Source: Octopus vulgaris (taxonomy: Eukaryota). Taken from it: a DNA stretch of 64,000 bases. The notes below the pieces were generated by a model. That model made no database searches and was not told the DNA's origin. It saw only the letters and a list, made by a program, of their open reading frames with translations. Position numbers and translations under genes: made by a program. Location of the stretch: positions 46,066,001 to 46,130,000 of the forward strand of contig OX597834.1 in the NCBI GenBank assembly GCA_951406725.2. Direction: 5' to 3'. Position 1 is the first letter of the stretch; every line of letters starts with the position of its first letter. Below, piece by piece: positions 56,707 to 64,000 of this stretch.

Positions 56707-56824
56707 TGTGTGTGTGTATGAGACAGAGACTTTGTGGGGGACTAGTATGTGTAAAAGATATAATGCGTTTCTGAGGATAAGAAAGTACGTACGATGGTAT
56801 GGGGGGGGTCGTGTTTGTATATTA

Positions 56825-57142
56825 TTTTATTCTTTTACTTGTTGTAGTCATTTGACTGCAGCCATGCTGGAGCACCGCCTAAAAGAGTCTTAGTCGAAGA
56901 AATCGACACCAGGACTTATTTTTTGTAAGCCTAGTACTTATTCTCTCGGTATCTTTTGCCGAAGCGCTAATTTAAGGGGACGTAAGCACACCAACGTCAG
57001 TTGTCAGGCGACACAAAGACACACACACGCACATAAACTTATACGTACATATATATGTATATATATATACGACAGACTTCTTTCAGTTTCCATCGACAAA
57101 AGGTCTTGATCGGCCCGGCGTATAGAAGAAAACGCTTGCCCT
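56825..57142 (-). mobile_element. SINE family A
   Basis: ttttacttgttg.agtcatttgactgcagccatgctggagcaccgcct...cttctttcagtttcc. Confidence 0.85.
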
Positions 57143-57145
57143 TCT

Positions 57146-57355
57146 CGGCGGCGAGTTGGCAGAAACGTTAGCACGCCGGGCAAGAAGCTTAGTAGTATTT
57201 CGTCCCTCTTAACGCTCAGAGTCCAAATTTCGCCGAGGTCTATTTGGCCTTTCATACTTTAGGGGTCTATAAAATAAGTACTAGTTGAGTATTTGCAGTC
57301 AATCAAACCAAGGCCTCCCTCCTCTGAAATTGCTGGCCTTGTGCCAACAATTAAA
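57146..57355 (+). mobile_element. SINE family B, adjoining the truncated head of a family A copy
   Basis: ggcggcgagttggcagaaacgttagcacgccgggc...gccgaggtc...gcctttcat...aaaataagtactagttgag. Confidence 0.85.
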
Positions 57356-57871
57356 AGCAATATGTGTGTGTATTTGCATGTGTAGGAGCGTATAAGTGCA
57401 AGTTAATTATCATGTGAGTGTGCGAATATATGTCTGTCTGTGTGCGAAACGCATCGATGAAGTCTTCAAACGTATCTCTATCCATGTCTGAACATAGAAA
57501 CTAGTGTTTGTTGTAATTATAGGTGCTTGACTTTGTCTACGAGAGTAGGTTGGAGTTTGAGGCAGATTGGCTGCTACTTCAAGCACGTCTGGCAACCAAG
57601 AAGGCACTCCCATCTATGTGTCATTACGAGTGCGGTTGATGCTTAGCACCAAGTCATCTTTGTACAAACGCATCCCGTGTTTAAGGTGTTCCGGCTATGA
57701 TAATCCCATCTCTCCGATGATGTCATTAACAAAGGCAGTCATTTCTTGTATACGACACAACGCACACACATACACACACACGCACAGACATACCACACCA
57801 CACACACACCATACACATACACACAAATATATACATGTACATATATATATATATATATATAAAGGCACATG

Positions 57872-57902
<31 letters not shown>

Positions 57903-58028
57903 GCCTCTGTGTGTACTTATGCGTATGCATGTATGTATGCATGTGCCTTTATGTATATATATAAATGTATTCAAGTAAGCATTGTGGATTTATACATATA
58001 AGAATGTGTGAGGAGAGAGTGAGGTATG

Positions 58029-58066
<38 letters not shown>

Positions 58067-58513
58067 CATACATACATACATACATACATACATACATACA
58101 TACATTCACACATACATATACATGTATATATATATACACATATATATGTACATATATGCATTTTTGTTAGAGGTTAACTGGGAAAAATGCTTACATTCCA
58201 GTAACAATTGTGCAATGAAATATTCAATCATTATCGATGTGAATCATGAGTATTAGTGATGAGGTCGAAGATGTACGAACGAAGCTTTTGATATCTAATA
58301 ATAATATATATTATACGTTTTGATGGCAACATATTTACACAGCAGCGAAGAGCGGAATCGTTGACACGGTCACAGATGTACGAGGAAACTGCTTTGATAC
58401 CAAATTATGTTTGTTATTACCGCAAAGCAATAACAAAGTAAAAATGAATAGTAACCACTGTGTATTGTTGTTGTTATTGCTCCTGCTGTTGATGGCAGTG
58501 CTGGTGGTGATAT

Positions 58514-58557
<44 letters not shown>

Positions 58558-58739
58558 GCTTCAGTGAATGGAGCATGATGTAATTATTTCAGTCCAACTG
58601 ATGAGCTCAATAGAAATTAGTTGTCCAAAAAGAATAGAAATGAAAACCATTGATGTTTCTCTGTTGGAAGAACAATTTTTACCAAAACGAAAGGGCAACC
58701 AGTTAAAGTGTACTGTGTATGTGTATATACATACATACA

Positions 58740-58796
<57 letters not shown>

Positions 58797-59149
58797 TACT
58801 CACACATGTACCCACGAGCGCGCACAAACGCATGCAAACATACCCTAAGACATACACACACGTATAATAGCGATAAATATGTAGAGCATAGATAAATATA
58901 TTTATATGTATGTATTTGTAACATTTTGAGTCAGTATGTCTGTTTGTGTATGTGTGGTGTGTGAGTGTATGTGTGTGTGCATGTGCGTGTCTGTAGGTAA
59001 CACATATATGTGCATGTGTGTACGTATGCGTACCATTTGAGTGCATCTCTTCACTGCAATGCGCATGTTTGTGTGCTGCCGTGTGAAAGAAGGGTGAGTG
59101 AGCGAGTGAGAGAGAGAGAGAGGAAGGAGAGAGAAAGAGAGAGAGAAAG

Positions 59150-59541
59150 GTTACTCTTTTACTTGTTTCAGTCATAGGACTGTGGCCATGCTGGAGCACC
59201 GCCTGTAATCGAGAAAATCGACCCCAGGGCTTATTCTTTGTGAGCCTAGTACTTATTCTAACGGTCTCTTTTGCCGAACGGGGACATAAACACACCAGCA
59301 TCGGTTGTCAAGTGATGTTGGGGGAACAAACACAGATACACAAACGTATACACACATATACATATATATGCATATATACGACGGGCTTCTTTCAGTTTTC
59401 ATCTACAAAGTCCACTCAGAAGGCTTTGGTCGGCCTGAGGTTATAGTAGAAGACACTTGCCCAAGGTGCCACGCAGTGGGACTGAATCCGGAACCATGTG
59501 GTTGGTAAGCAAGCTACTTACCACACAACCACTCCTGCGCC
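59150..59541 (-). mobile_element. SINE family A, full length
   Basis: Minus-strand head ggcgcaggagtggttgtgtggtaagtagcttgcttaccaaccacatggttccggattcagtcccactgcgtggcaccttgggcaagtg through to the aaacaagtaaaagag tail. Confidence 0.92.
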
Positions 59542-59744
59542 TTTTTTTCAGAGGAGGAGCCATTGCAGTACTTGGAGACCTTTGTAAAAGATCTCCAAGA
59601 CTAACAGATGTCAGCATGACCCACTAATTATTGTTGTTGTTTTTTGTTTAACGCCAGGCTATTCTTCCTTATCCGGTAGACTCACAATCACATTTCCCCC
59701 AGCCTTAATCATCTAATTCCTCTGGCTGTTGACGTTTAATTCTA

Positions 59745-59893
59745 CCTCGAGGGCGCACACTCTCCTACCCTGATGTAATCTCCAGGGATACAGGCATCCA
59801 GCAACAGGACCTCCGTAATGCTATGATGGACCGTGAAGTCTGGCGCAACATAGTAAATTCCATTGTCTCGACCACGGTCGAACAATGATGATG
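59745..59893 (+). mobile_element. 3' end of an RTE-clade LINE with (TGA)n tail
   Basis: RGRTLSYPDVISRDTGIQQQDLRNAMMDREVWRNIVNSIVSTTVEQ*, the typical D.I..D......A.DR..WR C-terminus; tcgaccacggtcga hairpin, then tgatgatga. Confidence 0.8.
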
Positions 59894-60044
59894 ATTAATT
59901 CTACACCATTGCGAATCGAGCTGACCAACGCTCGAATTCACTTCAGAGTTGTCCAACCTGAATTTGTTCGTTTTCGTTTCCTTCTTTCACATCAGATGCG
60001 ACATGGCTGTGTCTTCAAGCAGCCCCATGGGCCACGACGTATTT

Positions 60045-60392
60045 TGACCTCGGTCAGGTGTTTTCTACGGAAGAGCGAGGCTGACCCATGATATGTCAGT
60101 GAATTTGGTTGACGGAAACTGTGAGGAACCCTGTCGTGTATATATGTGTTTATGTGTGCGCTTTTGTGTCAGTACTTGTGTCAATCACTGATCAACAACA
60201 GGTGCTGGTTTGTTTACGTCCCGTAACGTAGTGGTTCGGCAAAGGTAACCGATGGAAAATTGAGCATACTTTAAGAAAAAAAATAAGTACTTGTTTTTTC
60301 TTCGAGTACTTCGAGTTCTTCGATTGAACGATTCAAAGCCACGCTCCAGTATGGCCGCAGTCCAAATGACTGAAATAAGCAAAAGACAAAAG
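60045..60392 (+). mobile_element. Diverged SINE family A
   Basis: gtgaatttggttgacggaaactg...gtttacgtcccgtaac..gtggttcggcaaa...gctccagtatggccgcagtccaaatgactgaaa. Confidence 0.75.
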
Positions 60393-60846
60393 AAACGCCG
60401 CTCCATATTAGCTAATCCTTCTGTTTTCAAGGCTCTCAAGTATAAGTCATCGAGATCTGACTGCTATTTCGAGTACCCTACCAAATCCAGTTACTGTAAT
60501 AAGGACCTGCTTATTAACACGAAGTCGAGTTATTCACGTGGCAAATGGCTTTAGAGTCAAAAACCGAAATAACATTAAAGGTTAACCGACGTGATACCAC
60601 GTAAGTTCTGTGTAAATACTTTCACTCGACCAGGCATTGACATGAGATGCTGCGCTATGAGATCGAAAGTAGGGCCATGTGATAAGGAACGGAATCTGTT
60701 CTTGACTAACAAGCTGCTTAATGTAAGAATAGATTTCCAATGCTGCTGGCATTGATTAAACCATATTTATGATAGAGTCAGGTGAGTAAACACACACGCA
60801 TATACATAATCACGCACACAACAACATACACGCACACACTCTCAGA

Positions 60847-60893
<47 letters not shown>

Positions 60894-60965
60894 CAAGCAT
60901 ATGATAGATAGTTAGACAGATTGATAGAGAGATAGATAGATATATTGATAGATAGTTAAATAGAC

Positions 60966-61000
<35 letters not shown>

Positions 61001-61112
61001 AAGACAGATAGATAGATTAATGGATACTTAGAGATATACTATATGTATATAATATAAATGATTATATATATGTTATATATCTGTTTAAATATGCATATTA
61101 TATATATACATA

Positions 61113-61170
<58 letters not shown>

Positions 61171-61827
61171 TATATATGTATATATATATATATATATTTA
61201 CATATATATATATATATATACATATATACATATGTATATATACACATATACAGAGACACACTTACATACGTAGATTTTAGCAACTTTAAAAATATTAATG
61301 TTCACTTTTGACATTATGAGAAACGCACACCAGGAGAAATAAAAAATAAATCTCTAATTTCACAAAAAAAGAGCCTATTTAGAAAAAATAACATTTGAAG
61401 GAAAATGTGTTACAGGTGGTGACGCTTGGCTATAGTCACGTAGTGGTGTGGCGAAGAGTTTTGCATATGAAAGATGATGAGGGGGTGGCACGAAGTATTA
61501 AGTATGCAAATATAATCGCCGATGCTTGTCAAGTAAATGTCTCCTGAAAATGGCTATCAGATTGAAGCTAGGAATTGAAAAAATACAACAGCGATGATTG
61601 GCTAGGGGTATATCGAAAAATCAACCGTGTATAGCCATATCAAATATATGTATATATATATATATAACGTACACACACACATATACATAAATATGTGCAT
61701 ACATACATAAATATACCCCGATACATATATACTCACCTATATATATAAGTATAAATGCATACATCTATATATATGCATGTAGACATAAATATGCTTAGGC
61801 ATATATAAACATATATATATATATATG

Positions 61828-61867
<40 letters not shown>

Positions 61868-62017
61868 TAGACATGTGTAATGTGTACATGCGTATAGGTG
61901 TTTGTAAGTTTTTACGCATATAGGTGAATATGTATACATACACACACTCACACAGATGTATGTATATATGTATATATACTTGTGTATATTTACGTACATA
62001 TATGCTTATGTATACAT

Positions 62018-62054
<37 letters not shown>

Positions 62055-63576
62055 CTTTATATTTGTTTGCAGATCTGCCTATATTTGCAGTGTCTACTTA
62101 CACACACAAGCATGCACACAAACACACATAAGCACACACACACACGCACACACATATGCACACATGCATACCGACACATACACACACACATGTGTGTGTT
62201 TGTGTGTGTTTACACATATACGGTACACCCTTAATTTATTTTACCCGCATGTATATTCGCCTATTTAAAACTATATATGAGCAATTTTTGTTAGTTATGC
62301 GCGAGTACCATTTCGAATTCCTTTCGATATCATATATGTGTCACTGTGTCTTTGTGAGTGTGTGTACCACGTGTATGTGTATGTGCGTGAGCGTGAGCGT
62401 GTACGAGTATGCTTGAGTGAGTGTGTGTGTGTTTATACGTATGTATTTTGCTTGTGGGTGTGTTGGGAGAAGACACTCATAATCCAAGAGTTTATTCTCA
62501 TTTTTTTGGATACCTTTCAAGAAATGTCACAGAAGTTTCAGAATCTAAGAGAAACGCGATAAAAATTGTAAATGGTGTTGGGGGGGTGGAGGTGGAGGGG
62601 TGGCGGGGTTGGTGATCGTGGTACTAGTGGTAGGGCGGGTGATGACAGTGCTTGCGATGATGGTAGTTGTTGATGACAGTGTTGGTGGTAGATGCAAATG
62701 ATAACGACAATGTTTACGATGAAGCTGGCGATGGGGATACAGACGATCGCAACGAAGTAGACGCCGACGAAGATGATACTGATGATGATGAGGCTGAGGG
62801 GGAGCAGAAAGATGAGGGGAGGGGTAGGAAGCGGACCGAGGATGTGGACGACGACGACGACAACGACAATGATGATGATGTATATTAGTCACAGTGAGCC
62901 ATGAAATGGCACACCTAAAATGAAAGGCCTTCCAATGGTGACCATCCCACCATTGTCCTATGCGCAGGAAAACCGGAACTATATTATCAAATATATAATT
63001 TACAAGATACAAACACGCAAACACACACACGCACGCACGCACACACACATACACACACACACACTCAAGGCAATTGTTAAACAGATAATTTCAAACCCCC
63101 TTTTGCCCATGCAGTAGGATCACGTGACAGGTGTCTGTGGCTCTCTGGCCTTTCATGCCAACAACATTTGCCACATTAGCTTTGGTGGGAAAAGCATACT
63201 TTTCGAAAGAAACCTCGTGTGTGTCTGTATGTGTGTGTGTATATATATATATGTTGAAACATCTCAGCATGTTCTTTGTCTATCTTCTTACGTTCCGGGA
63301 GATTTTAGGTATAATTATACTAATGTGTTCATCTGTTCTAATTTAATTAAATTCTATGTCTTAATTAAATTCTATGTAGCTGAATATTGCTCTGCATTTT
63401 AAATTGCATTGTTCAATTAAATGGAGTTGCATGAAACGATCGTACTACATTACTTCTGGATATACTGTTGCTTATTTTGTTTTAATCATCTTTCTTTGAA
63501 ATTGTATGGAGAACATCGTACTAAATTCTGGTGCCTCAACTTAAGTACCATATTCATCTGATTCTATATATATATA

Positions 63577-63631
<55 letters not shown>

Positions 63632-63940
63632 CATATAACTATATACAGATTTATACAGGTACACACACACATACTCACACTCACACACACATACACACAC
63701 AAGAAATACGCGCCCGACAAATTGCTGTCTTTACAACCATTTCTTAGAGTCTTTTGCGGTCAAGGCCTTCTTAAGATGGTATTTCAATGAAGAATGCTTC
63801 CTCTTTTAAAATGTCATCTAAATCATAGCTGGGCAGCTGGAATGCTTTTAGTAACGTCTTCATAAATATCGTACATACATACGTAGATGCGTAGAAATTT
63901 GTACATTATCGGAACAGCAAACTCTATGTAAAAAAAACTA

Positions 63941-64000
63941 GCTTCCCAACCTCATGGTTCCTGGTTCAGTCCCACTGTGCGGCACCTTGAGCAAATGTCT
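63941..64000 (+). mobile_element. SINE family A head (runs off the window)
   Basis: gcttcccaacctcatggttcctggttcagtcccactgtgcggcaccttgagcaa. Confidence 0.8.

Overview
AT-rich, extremely microsatellite-dense eukaryotic non-coding DNA (intergenic or deep intronic). The SINE repertoire and simple-repeat load resemble a coleoid cephalopod (octopus-like) genome; this is an inference from recall, not a database result. No intact host gene is supportable, and almost all ORFs in the track are translations of (TA)n, (CA)n, (TAA)n, (GAT)n, (CT)n or (GATA)n repeats. Real coding remnants are all transposon-derived: (1) a 5'-truncated R4/Dong-type RLE retrotransposon inside (TAA)n, plus a tiny second copy; (2) a Penelope-like element with a GIY-YIG endonuclease; (3) two RTE-type LINE 3' ends, one with tandem C2H2 fingers; (4) an internally deleted mariner. 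There are also many tRNA-derived SINEs of at least four families, MITE/foldback elements and a DINE/Helentron-like piece. The most interesting signal is a set of minimal type I hammerhead ribozyme motifs in (TA)n-flanked Penelope-type or retrozyme-like inserts. Three well-formed ones show three different Watson-Crick pairs at core positions 3-8: U3-A8 (7336-7377), C3-G8 (29358-29410) and A3-U8 (48385-48423). The first lies in a 363-nt tandem unit whose boundary falls within 3 nt of the predicted cleavage site.
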